Under the pieces are notes generated by a model, which ran no database searches, had not been told where the DNA came from, and saw only the letters and a program-made list of their open reading frames with translations. Made by a program: the position numbers and the translations under genes. DNA of 64,000 bases from a virus. Lineage: Duplodnaviria > Caudoviricetes. Of the stretch, positions 20,494 through 29,263 are shown in pieces. The stretch is from the IMG/VR virus record IMGVR_UViG_3300033075_000545, positions 65,974 through 129,973 of that record. One strand, written 5' to 3'. Position 1 is the first letter of the stretch. Each line of letters begins with the position of its first letter.

Positions 20494-20517
20494 CCCACAG
20501 TTCGCACACCGTACGGG

Positions 20518-21282
20518 GTGTGCGAATTTTTTAACCATCGGAGGTTTTTAACCGTGGCTGTTCCCGACGAAGATCTGTTTCAGGTTATGCCCAGCGGGGT
20601 ACCGCTTGTTCGGTGCCCGTCTTCCCAAGGTGGTGACGGTGTTATCCCAGGTTACGACGTCTCCAATCTCTCTCGTTATACGATTACTATTGAGGAAGAT
20701 CGGGGTGACGTCGATAAGGAAAAGACGAGCGAACGTATCGTGCTAACTCTCGACGGCCCTAATGATGCGGCTCTTAAGGAGGCGACTGAACGCGTGTCAA
20801 AACAAGTACCTGCCGGCCTCGACTCGGCTGCGGATCGTACAATGCGGGTCTACCGCGAGGCTGCGAGGATCAAGGCGACGCGGGAGTCGTTATCACTCCC
20901 AGCGGCTATTCCGCAGTCTGTGACTTCAGTCGTAACACCAGCGATAACAACCACCCTATTACCAGAACCGGCGACACAGAAGGCCACCATGAGTCCCGCG
21001 CCTGCAATGGTCCTAGTTGAGTATCTGTTGTCAGACGGCGCTACTGTTGTGGTCGGATATGATGACGTAGTGATCGATAGAAATACGCTCGCTCTGGCGA
21101 CTTCAATTGATCAGACTGCGCGGATGGGTATGTACACCCCGCCAAAGACCACAGACGAGAAAGAGCATAAGATCCGGCTGCGGATCCCTGGTGTAGATGA
21201 TACAATTGCCGCTTACATGCTCCAGGATCCGTTTGTGATGGGTGGTCGCCGGTACCTGGTGATGTTGATCGAACGCGAATAA
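20518..21282 (+). CDS. Hypothetical protein
   Basis: 254-aa ORF; start uncertain. Confidence 0.6.
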   Translation: MCEFFNHRRFLTVAVPDEDLFQVMPSGVPLVRCPSSQGGDGVIPGYDVSNLSRYTITIEEDRGDVDKEKTSERIVLTLDGPNDAALKEATERVSKQVPAGLDSAADRTMRVYREAARIKATRESLSLPAAIPQSVTSVVTPAITTTLLPEPATQKATMSPAPAMVLVEYLLSDGATVVVGYDDVVIDRNTLALATSIDQTARMGMYTPPKTTDEKEHKIRLRIPGVDDTIAAYMLQDPFVMGGRRYLVMLIERE

Positions 21283-21293
21283 GGTGATGTGAA

Positions 21294-23204
21294 TTGTACC
21301 CATACAATTACGCACAAACCGCGGGCATTGCTCCGTCGTTTGACGGCGCAGCCCCGTTCGCGGACCCCTATCTTGACGTCGCTTCGACGGCTATGCCTCT
21401 CAGTATTCCCGCGATGTTGCGGCATGCTGAGTGGTTCTCCGTAACCAACGAAACGTTCCGTGAAGCGCTGAACAAGGTCGCGGCGTACTTCGTTACGGAC
21501 ATCGAGATCGAGGGGGATCTTGGGGACGACGAGAAGCGGAATCAGAAGGACTACCTCAAAGACCAAATGCGGCTGATGAGCTCCCTTGTCGAGGCGAGCC
21601 TTAACCGTTTGGTTTACGGCAACCAATATACAAGTGTGGTACAGCCGATTACGCGGTATCTTGTGTGTCCAAAGTGCCACACCCAGTATCGTGCGGCTGA
21701 AGTTATTCAGCACCAGAAGCGGTTCGAGTTTGAGTGGAAGCAGGCGTTCCACTGCAAATGTCTGTCGTGCGGGCACAAAGGGAAGTTCGGCGGTGGGGCA
21801 AACGGAGGTCCGTTAGATCTACCCGACGAGAGCCGTCCGCCGATCATTAAGGTGTGGAACCCTCACGATATTCGCCACGTCTACGTCGAGTATCTTGGTC
21901 GAGCCACCAAGTTTGACTGGGTGATGCCAGCAGACGTACGGACTGAAATCAAACAAGGCACTAATCTCGAAACTCTGATCGAAACGCCGTGGGATCACAT
22001 CCAAGCGGCTCTTAACGACGAGAACGTGCGGTTCGACGAGGACTACATCCACCACTCTCGGGAGCCAGGACTTAACGGCCTTCGGATGCGGGGGTGGGGT
22101 GTCCCGCGGGCGATCATCAATTTCCGTCGACTGTTTCATATTCAAATCCTATATCGGATGAACGAGGTGCTTGCTTTGGGGCACATCGTTCCGATCCGCG
22201 TGGTCAGTCCGAAGACCACAGCGGGCCGGGGTATGGAAGACGGTGACATCCTAAAAATGTCGTTTATGGGTGACCTACGGGCTCGGTTTAATCAAATTGT
22301 CGCTAACCACCGGGCCGACCCGAACAGTATCCACTACTCTCCCACAGCTCTTCAGATGGATGCTTTGGGGGCTGATGCTAAGCAATTGATTCCGGCTGAT
22401 CTGATCAAGTTGGCGCAGGAGACGTTGCTTAACGGTTCAGGCGTGCCGATCGAGTTTTACAACATGTCTATGGGTACACAGGTAGCACCCGTAGGTTTGC
22501 GGCTGATTGAGCGGTATTGGGCACCACTTGTCGATGGCCTCAACGAGCTATTGTCGTTTATTCAGCGACGTATGCAGTTCTTGAAGAAGTGGGAGAAGAG
22601 TACGTATAAGCTTGCATCTGTGCGGGTCATCGACTCGATTGAGTTGAACCAACTCAAAGTTCAGATGGCCCAAGCCGGGCTTATGTCTCGCAGCTCTGCG
22701 CTCCAGGCGGTTGAGTCCGACTTCCGGACGGAGACGAAGAAGAAGCTTGAAGACATGCGTATTGAGCAGACGGAGCAGGCAGATTACCAACAGAAGATGG
22801 ACGCCTTCTCGTTTGGTCGTCAATTGGCCGAGGCTACACCTGTTGGTGGTCTTTCGCAAGGTGCTCCTCCTGCTCAGGGGGGCGGTGGAGATCCGTCGCA
22901 ACAGGGGCAGCCGGCTCCAGGACAAGCCCCTGGTGTTCCGGCCGGTGCGGATCCCATGGCTGGGATTATGCCGCAACCTGGGGCGCGTATTGATCCCCAG
23001 GAACTCGAGTCCCGCGCCGACGCTGCGGTCCAAGTGTTGCTGCAGCTTGACGAGAGTACGCGGTTCTCGAAGCTCCAGGAGATTCGGAAGAACAATCAAC
23101 TGTTCCATAAGATCGTCACCGGAAAGCTCGACGAGAAGCGCCGGGAGATGCGATCGGAAGGGCAGAGACTTGTTCAATCACAACAGTACGGGACACAGTC
23201 CTGA
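21294..23204 (+). CDS. Probable portal protein
   Basis: About 630 aa and helical. VYGNQY, GWGVP...MNEVLALGHIVPIRVV, GVPIEF; CxxC..CxCxxC insert; Q/P/G-rich tail. Heads the structural region. Confidence 0.6.
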   Translation: MYPYNYAQTAGIAPSFDGAAPFADPYLDVASTAMPLSIPAMLRHAEWFSVTNETFREALNKVAAYFVTDIEIEGDLGDDEKRNQKDYLKDQMRLMSSLVEASLNRLVYGNQYTSVVQPITRYLVCPKCHTQYRAAEVIQHQKRFEFEWKQAFHCKCLSCGHKGKFGGGANGGPLDLPDESRPPIIKVWNPHDIRHVYVEYLGRATKFDWVMPADVRTEIKQGTNLETLIETPWDHIQAALNDENVRFDEDYIHHSREPGLNGLRMRGWGVPRAIINFRRLFHIQILYRMNEVLALGHIVPIRVVSPKTTAGRGMEDGDILKMSFMGDLRARFNQIVANHRADPNSIHYSPTALQMDALGADAKQLIPADLIKLAQETLLNGSGVPIEFYNMSMGTQVAPVGLRLIERYWAPLVDGLNELLSFIQRRMQFLKKWEKSTYKLASVRVIDSIELNQLKVQMAQAGLMSRSSALQAVESDFRTETKKKLEDMRIEQTEQADYQQKMDAFSFGRQLAEATPVGGLSQGAPPAQGGGGDPSQQGQPAPGQAPGVPAGADPMAGIMPQPGARIDPQELESRADAAVQVLLQLDESTRFSKLQEIRKNNQLFHKIVTGKLDEKRREMRSEGQRLVQSQQYGTQS

Positions 23205-23216
23205 GAAAGGCCGAAG

Positions 23217-24179
23217 ATGGGTTATGACTCGAAGTTTCCGCAGGCGGTGTGTCCGATCTGTAGTGGAAACACGTTTGCGACTTTGGACGGTAGTACGACC
23301 ACACCTGCGGTGGTGTGCCAGTCTTGCTTTTTAGGTATTGAACTGTCTGTGTCTGAGGATCCGACGAACCAGTATTTTCCCGGGACGTATGATCCTGCGA
23401 GGAACAACACCAAAAGCACTACGTCCCGGTGGGGACGGTTTCATCACGATTGTGCTATCGCCCATCAACGAATGCAACAATGCGCAACGGTACTCAACGA
23501 CGCAGGACAGACGGGAGCGTTGTGGGTTGATGTCGGGGCGTGTAATGGTGCCACGCTGGTTACCGCCCGTCGTAGAGGGTGGGACGTTGTGGCGATCGAA
23601 TCCGATGACGCCGCGTGCGAGGCGCTCAATAAGGTTCTTGGTATCCATGCCGCGACGTTTAGCGAGTGGCTTGTCTCTGGGACGCTCCGCGACAAATGCA
23701 GCGTTATCAGTATGTTTGACGTGCTCGAACATATCCTCGACTTTCCGGCTGTGATTCGGGCAGCAGCAGGAGACCTCAAAGCTGGTGGCATCGTAATCGT
23801 TGAGGTTCCGGATTTAGAGCATTTCGTACGTACAGCCGGCGACGCTGTGTTTTCGGATTGGAAGCACCGTCGTGTCAACGCGGAAGTAACGGAGCACCAG
23901 TATCACTTTACACAGGCGTCTCTTAAAAAGGCGTTTGAGGTTTATGCTCCAGCCCTGAAGCTCATCCATGCCGAGGTTCCAGTAGAGGGTAAGCTCCAGT
24001 GTGTGTTTACAAAAACAGCAACGACTGAACCGACACCAGTTGATCCAATCGCCGAACTTGTACAATACGCTCTTACGCTCCCGAAGGATAAGTACACAGA
24101 ACTGTTAGAAGTGCTGAGGTCTCGGGACGCATCCGTTGCTGATGCCGTTGAGGCTCAAGTGCTCAAGGCTAAGAGTTGA
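23217..24179 (+). CDS. Class I SAM-dependent methyltransferase with N-terminal Zn ribbon
   Basis: CPIC..CQSC, WVDVGACNG, SMFDVLEHI, LKAGGIVIVEVP. Confidence 0.85.
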   Translation: MGYDSKFPQAVCPICSGNTFATLDGSTTTPAVVCQSCFLGIELSVSEDPTNQYFPGTYDPARNNTKSTTSRWGRFHHDCAIAHQRMQQCATVLNDAGQTGALWVDVGACNGATLVTARRRGWDVVAIESDDAACEALNKVLGIHAATFSEWLVSGTLRDKCSVISMFDVLEHILDFPAVIRAAAGDLKAGGIVIVEVPDLEHFVRTAGDAVFSDWKHRRVNAEVTEHQYHFTQASLKKAFEVYAPALKLIHAEVPVEGKLQCVFTKTATTEPTPVDPIAELVQYALTLPKDKYTELLEVLRSRDASVADAVEAQVLKAKS

Positions 24180-24192
24180 GAAAGGGTCGCTG

Positions 24193-25611
24193 ATGAGTTT
24201 TCGGAAGTACATGCCTGAAGGGTTTCCAGTCGAACCCTTTTATCATTTCAAAACACACGGCGGATTGGGCGACTTGTTGTGGGTCTACAAAAGGACTGCG
24301 CACCTTGATCACCCGATCTTCCTCAGCATTTCCGAAGAGAATCGTGCACGTCCGCGACGAAGCGGAATCCTCGCAGATCACCTCCCACGAGTTATTGGTT
24401 GGCGGTTTGATGGGGAGACCTTCGCTCCTGGTGGACAAGATTGGACGCCAGCTACAGACCCATGTTGCTTGATTGGGAAGACGTGGAAGGAGCTTGGCTT
24501 CAAACCCAATACGGCAATCCCATATAAAGTCGAATGTAATCGGTGGTTAGAGGCGGGTAACCGGATTGAAGGGTGGCTTCCGGATATCCCTGTAACGGCA
24601 CATCGTATTCAGTTTCAACCGTCAGATCCTCCTGATATCAGGTTAAAACCCGACTACGTAGTTTTCCACCTGGCTGGGTGGCCTGACGTATCCGACCAGG
24701 TGTGGCGGTCACTTATCACACTGTTCCGGTTGGTCTGTCACGTGTATGTGGTCGGCGGCAGTTACGATATCCGCCCCAGAGCCATTGTGAATGCGCTCGG
24801 TCAACTAGACTCCGTGACGCTTCTGGAAGATTTGAGTTGGCCTAACTTGTTAGCGGTGATTCAAGGTGCACGGTACGTGTTCGGCCATGCGTCTGGGTTC
24901 ACGGCGCTTGCTGACGTGCTTGGTAAGCGGGGAGTGATCAACAATCCGCGGTACGTACCCCGATTGGTGAACACGTGGAATGATTTGACCAATCGCGACC
25001 TTTTTTATGCAGCCAACGAGGTCGAATTCGAGTCTGCAGTGTACGAAGCGTATCAAGTTGTTACTAAAGAAGCGCCCGCGACCTGGCCTCCACATGCGGC
25101 CAAAGGTAAGCGAGTGTGTGCTACAACGACCGATCCAGGTGCCGCTATCGAGTCTGCAGCTCGGACAATCCTTCCACGGTCCATTGCAACGTTTGCGGAC
25201 GAGGGGTCTCCTGCGTGGTTATCTGCCAGTGCCATTAAAGGGGCCTACGACAATGGATGCCTACTAGATGTGGTACATCTCGTGAATCCGAGTGCTGATT
25301 CTCTAGCGGCTGTCTATCGAGAATCAGCAAGATCTACGCGACGGGCGCTTATTCAGACGTATCGGACGTCGGAGTTGGAAAAGAGCAGGATTTCGGGAGT
25401 GGACCTCGCGGTGGTGTACGTTACCGCGGATCCTTCGACTAGTTTTACAGCAGCCACAGATATGTGGAGGCGGCTGTCTTATCGCGGGGCTATATTGTTG
25501 GGCGGTCCGATGGGGGACACCGTTGTAAGCTCTCTAGCCAAGCTTCTCAAGATCGAACCGGGAACTGTGGACAACGCTCATGGATGGTTTTACATTCACA
25601 AGCGTCGTTGA
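24193..25611 (+). CDS. GT-B glycosyltransferase (GT9-like) with an extra C-terminal domain
   Basis: HGGLGDLL, YVVFH, LLAVIQGARYVFGHASGFTALA. Confidence 0.65.
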   Translation: MSFRKYMPEGFPVEPFYHFKTHGGLGDLLWVYKRTAHLDHPIFLSISEENRARPRRSGILADHLPRVIGWRFDGETFAPGGQDWTPATDPCCLIGKTWKELGFKPNTAIPYKVECNRWLEAGNRIEGWLPDIPVTAHRIQFQPSDPPDIRLKPDYVVFHLAGWPDVSDQVWRSLITLFRLVCHVYVVGGSYDIRPRAIVNALGQLDSVTLLEDLSWPNLLAVIQGARYVFGHASGFTALADVLGKRGVINNPRYVPRLVNTWNDLTNRDLFYAANEVEFESAVYEAYQVVTKEAPATWPPHAAKGKRVCATTTDPGAAIESAARTILPRSIATFADEGSPAWLSASAIKGAYDNGCLLDVVHLVNPSADSLAAVYRESARSTRRALIQTYRTSELEKSRISGVDLAVVYVTADPSTSFTAATDMWRRLSYRGAILLGGPMGDTVVSSLAKLLKIEPGTVDNAHGWFYIHKRR

Positions 25612-25678
25612 TGTTGCGTGTGACGTTCGTTTTGGTAACAATACAACGGCTTCACAACCCTACGTTCGAGGTCATACG

Positions 25679-25888
25679 ATGTCTCCACAGGAACGAACCC
25701 AAGTTACCCCGTCGTTGGCGTACGAACTGGGGTGTGCTGTTGCACTCGTCAAGTTCGCCGCGGAACACCTGAAGACGTCCGCGGAACACCAGGCGCTGCT
25801 GTCCCGTCTTACGCCCGACCACAAGCGACTCCTCGCGCACTTCCAGGGCGCGAACGAGAGTTTCAAGGCTGCGGCGGATCGGTCTTAA
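25679..25888 (+). CDS. Small putative virion protein
   Basis: GAGG SD; KFA and KAA motifs. Confidence 0.5.
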   Translation: MSPQERTQVTPSLAYELGCAVALVKFAAEHLKTSAEHQALLSRLTPDHKRLLAHFQGANESFKAAADRS

Positions 25889-25921
25889 AGCACTTCACAC
25901 GCCAGTTGACGTAGGACACCT

Positions 25922-28477
25922 ATGACTCCTTCGACCCTACTGTCGCTGGCGGTCAAGAACAGCGCGTGGCTTCCCATTGCGCCCCCGCCATCGCATCCCA
26001 TCAAGCCGGCAGTTCCTGGCACAACTGCCGCGCCTCCTGCTGCACCGACAGGTCTCTTGTCGGCACCATACCAACCGACTACTCCTGGCATCGACAAGCC
26101 GGCACCGCGTCCGCAGCTCACCCCGGTTTCTGCGCGGACATCTAACGGTTTCGTTCCAGGTGGAGGCTCTGTTTTGCAAGAGCCTCACCCGACAGGGTAT
26201 GCTAAGTCCACGAACAACGTTGACGGGTTCCCTACGGTGGATCGTTTTGGCGTTCCGGATCGTTTGGAGCAGTTGGGATCTAGCAAACCACCCCCTATTT
26301 TGCGTCAACACAATCAACCGACAGCCACCAACGACACAACGTTACTTACGTCGCATACAAAACCAGAATCACCAGTAACTACTGTTGAGGATACATACCA
26401 GAGGGCCGACCCGTTAGGGCGGCCAATTAGGGAGGTTGGTGCGCTCGCGCCGAAAGGGTACACGGATGTGGGACCTAGAGGGCCTATTGACGTAGCTCGT
26501 GGTATTTACAACGGTATTGATGAGGCGGCGTCGCCGCTACTGCCAAATATTCCGCTTCCTGGTGGTGGTAGCTACCGTACAGACTTGTCGGACGCACTGT
26601 TGACGTTTCCAGCCGCACGTGGTGCTAAATGGCTGGGAGGTCGGCTCGGTTCTGCATTCGGGTTAGGCGGCGCTGCGGCTGTCGAAGGTACCGGCGCTGC
26701 AGGGCTCGCGGGTGCCACAGGTGCTGCAGCAGCTCCCGCTGTTGCTGGGACGGTTGTACCGGCTGCTCCAAGTTTGGGTAAGTCGCTGTTGAGTACGGCA
26801 TACAACGTCGCGGCGTATCCTACAGGCGTCAAGGCGCTTGAATTGCTGCCTCGGATGGCTGTAAACATCGCTAAGGGGCAAGGAAAGGGTCTGGGTGGGA
26901 ATGCGCTTCGAATGATTCCCGCGACACAGGCTCCGGGGCTCGCTCAGAGTCTCGCTGAGCATGCTCAGTATGGACCATTACGTACTGAAGAAGATCTGCT
27001 TAAACAGAGGACAGAGGATCCACTTGGCGCCGCCCTGTCGGGAAACACTGCGGGTAGTTCACTATCCCAGGGGGCTTTCGATAATCTTACACGTACAGCT
27101 TTTGGACCATTTAAGGATATGCGGTCTTTGTTGAAAGGCGAAGGGATCTCTCCTGAGGGAACCCTTGCGACCGCGCGTCAAGGTCTACGAAACGTTGGAA
27201 CTATCTCTGAAGCTATAAAGCAAAACCCACGGGCTGCATTTAATCGTATGGGGGAGGGTTTGCGTGTTGAGGGTAACTCTCTTCTGGCGAAACATATCGA
27301 CCCGACGGATATGTCGAATCCAGCGGTCCAGTTGGAGACTCTTAATAAAGATCGCCAAGGACTCGCCGCGGAATACCGAAAAGCTGTAGAGACAGGAACA
27401 CTGAGCCCCGAAGTAGAGCAATCCTTTCAAGATCGGTTCGCAGCACTTTCAGGACGTGCTGCGACTATCGACCATCCGTCTAAGGGCGGTGTGGGTGCGT
27501 CGTCGTGGTATTCGAACCGCGTCAATGAAGATAAGGTCAAGGATTGGCTCGCAGCAAACCAGGGCAATCCTGACGCGACACGCGTTGCGGATACAACACT
27601 ACAAGGTTTGAAGACCCATTCGGTTACACAGGACATGCGTCGGGCGTTGGCGGGACGGGATCCTGGCGCGCAGGTTGTAGACTATCCGACAAAGTATGAT
27701 ATTGCGCACGGTACAGCCCTCACGGGAGGTTCCGATCCGTGGGGACACACACCAGCGAACGCAGCGTTCGCTAAAGAGAAGTTTGAAGCTGCGAAAGCTA
27801 AGAGCCTCCCGAATCTTGTGGATGTACTGAACAAACAAGTAGCGACACCTCCGGAAGGTGGTGCGGCTTCGTTGGGTGGAGACACATCTGCGGCAGGTGA
27901 AATTGCCAACGGTGCGCTTTTATCTTCGTCTTTAAATAAGAACAAAATTAATCCCGAATCTGGCACGGGAGCTGCAACAGTATCCACCCCGAAAGTGGAT
28001 TCCGGTCCAGCCGGTGTAAAGGATCCTGCGCCTGGAGCTCCAGGTGGACACCTGGCCCCCGTCGTACTAGATTCATCTCGGCCGAAAGAAGAGCTAGATT
28101 CGAGTCGACAAAACGTCCAAGCCGCTATTGCTGGTCCCGGTGGTGTGGCTGCTGCAATAGGTCTCGCGACTCAAGCGGAGCCACCTTCTGGATTCTCGCA
28201 GTACTGGAAGTCACTGGAGCCAACCTCCAAGGTGCTCGCTATTGCGGGCGTCTCCATGGTTGGAATCTCTTTGTTGCGGTCCATGTTCAAACATGAAAAG
28301 GACGGCGATGAGGAGGAGGACGAGTCGTTCCTGATGAAGGCTTTACCATTCATTGGGATTGGTGCCGCAGCGTGGGGTGTGGGTGGGGGAACCCTCTCTA
28401 GCCTCCCGAAACTCGAAAAATACAAAGAGTTAGGAAACGCTGTGGCCGGCTCATTCAATGGTCTTCTCAGCAAATGA
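25922..28477 (+). CDS. Large Ala/Gly/Pro-rich putative virion (internal/ejection) protein with C-terminal hydrophobic segments
   Basis: 851-aa ORF; composition; two hydrophobic helices near the C-terminus. Confidence 0.6.
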   Translation: MTPSTLLSLAVKNSAWLPIAPPPSHPIKPAVPGTTAAPPAAPTGLLSAPYQPTTPGIDKPAPRPQLTPVSARTSNGFVPGGGSVLQEPHPTGYAKSTNNVDGFPTVDRFGVPDRLEQLGSSKPPPILRQHNQPTATNDTTLLTSHTKPESPVTTVEDTYQRADPLGRPIREVGALAPKGYTDVGPRGPIDVARGIYNGIDEAASPLLPNIPLPGGGSYRTDLSDALLTFPAARGAKWLGGRLGSAFGLGGAAAVEGTGAAGLAGATGAAAAPAVAGTVVPAAPSLGKSLLSTAYNVAAYPTGVKALELLPRMAVNIAKGQGKGLGGNALRMIPATQAPGLAQSLAEHAQYGPLRTEEDLLKQRTEDPLGAALSGNTAGSSLSQGAFDNLTRTAFGPFKDMRSLLKGEGISPEGTLATARQGLRNVGTISEAIKQNPRAAFNRMGEGLRVEGNSLLAKHIDPTDMSNPAVQLETLNKDRQGLAAEYRKAVETGTLSPEVEQSFQDRFAALSGRAATIDHPSKGGVGASSWYSNRVNEDKVKDWLAANQGNPDATRVADTTLQGLKTHSVTQDMRRALAGRDPGAQVVDYPTKYDIAHGTALTGGSDPWGHTPANAAFAKEKFEAAKAKSLPNLVDVLNKQVATPPEGGAASLGGDTSAAGEIANGALLSSSLNKNKINPESGTGAATVSTPKVDSGPAGVKDPAPGAPGGHLAPVVLDSSRPKEELDSSRQNVQAAIAGPGGVAAAIGLATQAEPPSGFSQYWKSLEPTSKVLAIAGVSMVGISLLRSMFKHEKDGDEEEDESFLMKALPFIGIGAAAWGVGGGTLSSLPKLEKYKELGNAVAGSFNGLLSK

Positions 28478-28484
28478 GGCGACG

Positions 28485-28676
28485 ATGGAAACGTTTCTTT
28501 TTGGTATAAGCTTTCCTCAACTTTTGTTGTGTGTACTGTTCCCTCTTGCGATCATGAATGCGTCGCAAGCATTCGTTGCATGTTTGTCCTATTTGGGTCT
28601 GGAGATCAGTAGATATACTACGGTACGTCGCGTGGTTGTTATGCGTACCGACGACGATACCGACATGCATATGTAG
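28485..28676 (+). CDS. Small membrane protein
   Basis: GAGG SD; hydrophobic N-terminal half. Confidence 0.45.
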   Translation: METFLFGISFPQLLLCVLFPLAIMNASQAFVACLSYLGLEISRYTTVRRVVVMRTDDDTDMHM

Positions 28677-28694
28677 CCCCTACGGATCTGACCC

Positions 28695-29252
28695 ATGCCT
28701 GCGTTCGATCGATACAGTAAGATCCTCGCGACGGCGGCGAGGCGTGCTGACACCGACCCCACCGAGGCCCAGCGTGATGCTGGTAACGCTCGTGTGGGGC
28801 GGGCCCACATTCACGGCTTTGCTATTTCAATTACACATCCTAGAGGATCCATCCGTAAGGGCACGTCTGCAGACGGGAATCAATGGTCCCGGGTGCTCCA
28901 GAATAGCTATGGGTACATCCGTAAAACCAAGGCTGAAGATGGGGACTTTCTCGACGTGTTTTTGGCAGACCATCCCCAATCTCAACTTGTATACACATTC
29001 GACTTTCTTACTCCGGATCACGAGCATGACGAGACGAAGGCTGTGATGGGGGCTCGTAACATCAATGAGGCCAAGACCGTCATTCGCAAAAACTACCCGG
29101 ATGGGTGGTTGGATACGCGTATTGGTGAGATCCGGGGAATGACAACGCAACAGTTCCGTGAGTGGTTGAAGAAGCAGAAGATGTTGAAGAAGTCGGCGGG
29201 GGACGTTTGTTATAATCTGGCGAGTAAGTTACTCAAACTCGCCACGCTATAG
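28695..29252 (+). CDS. Inorganic-pyrophosphatase-like domain of phage polyvalent proteins
   Basis: PTEAQRDAGN, GSIRKG, YGYI..T..EDGDFLDVFL, DETKAVMG. Confidence 0.75.
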   Translation: MPAFDRYSKILATAARRADTDPTEAQRDAGNARVGRAHIHGFAISITHPRGSIRKGTSADGNQWSRVLQNSYGYIRKTKAEDGDFLDVFLADHPQSQLVYTFDFLTPDHEHDETKAVMGARNINEAKTVIRKNYPDGWLDTRIGEIRGMTTQQFREWLKKQKMLKKSAGDVCYNLASKLLKLATL

Positions 29253-29263
29253 GTAGGTGTCCT

